A stretch of 32,000 nt of DNA from NCBI RefSeq assembly GCF_017876815.1, contig NZ_JAGIOS010000001.1:2730001-2762000 (forward strand). The letters run 5' to 3'. Under the pieces are notes generated by a model, which saw only the letters and a program-made list of their open reading frames with translations, did no database searches and had not been told where the DNA came from. The DNA comes from Sinorhizobium meliloti (GTDB lineage: Bacteria; Pseudomonadota; Alphaproteobacteria; Rhizobiales; Rhizobiaceae). Of the stretch, positions 31,820 to 32,000 are shown in pieces. A program made the position numbers and the translations under genes. Numbering within the stretch: position 1 is the first letter of the stretch; each line of letters opens with the position of its first letter.

Positions 31820-31860
31820 GGCTGCCCCGTCATGATGGACCGGGCGGCCTTTTCGTTTTC
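31820..31860 (+). terminator. Second plus-strand intrinsic terminator in tandem
   Basis: GGCTGCCC(CG)...CGGGCGGCC stem of 8-9 bp including a U-G pair, followed by TTTTCGTTTTC. Confidence 0.55.
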
Positions 31861-32000
31861 TCGGTTCCCCTTTCGGTCGATACTCCTTCTATCGTCATCC
31901 CTGCGCTTGGCGCAGGAGGGAGGATCCAGTTCGGCGCAATAGAGCCTGTCCGGGACGGAAGTGCCTGTGGAAACAGGCGGTGTCCACGGGAAAACAAATG

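Noticed and set aside
31618-31833. 71-aa minus-strand ORF, and within it a 20-aa mini-ORF (MTNYSRNCSLLNRRTFVRVR, 31618-31680) preceded by GGAGGAGGAG with a 5-nt spacer.
   Set aside because: The apparent SD is the reverse complement of the anti-SD loop of the plus-strand sRNA candidate. The second identical tract has no start codon after it. The stems need G-U pairs valid only on the plus strand, and both terminators are plus-strand. The Glu-rich ORF segments simply mirror the CTCCTCC tracts. The mini-ORF is kept only as the alternative hypothesis to test.
31491-31835. 114-aa plus-strand ORF and 60-aa minus-strand ORF (31389-31571) in the spacer upstream of the aminopeptidase gene.
   Set aside because: Neither has an SD. 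The sequences are not protein-like (Cys/Trp/His-rich, low complexity), and the first runs through the predicted RNA hairpins and terminator.

Overview
GC-rich core chromosomal segment. Gene order and intergenic repeats look like a Rhizobiaceae (Sinorhizobium/Ensifer-type) alphaproteobacterium; that assignment is from memory, not a search. The window holds the distal dcw cell-wall/division cluster: ftsI 3' end, murE, murF, mraY, murD, ftsW, murG, murC and murB. A 2.8 kb interruption follows, carrying an opposite-strand MHS-type transporter and aqpZ. The cluster then resumes with ddl, ftsQ, ftsA and ftsZ. Downstream are lpxC, bamD, recN, ligA, a small VOC/glyoxalase-fold gene (minus), panC-panB, azlC-azlD, a 79-aa secreted protein and a minus-strand M24B aminopeptidase P. 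I found no CRISPR array, transposase, integrase, phage, toxin-antitoxin or defence-type genes, and no protein-coding system that looks novel. The coding content is ordinary housekeeping. What the gene list does not explain is all non-coding. (1) At 31.6-31.9 kb there is a plus-strand candidate sRNA. Two of its hairpin loops carry CCUCCUCC(C/U) anti-Shine-Dalgarno motifs, its stems need G-U pairs, and tandem intrinsic terminators follow. (2) A bipartite, roughly 100-bp palindromic intergenic repeat occurs six times, twice inside the dcw operon, and shows compensatory stem substitutions between copies. (3) A different roughly 160-bp inverted-repeat element forms a repeat mosaic downstream of ligA. 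(4) Two TTAACCA (CtrA half-site-like) motifs lie in the promoter region that must drive ddl-ftsQAZ after the interruption. All hairpin and motif coordinates were derived by eye and should be verified computationally.
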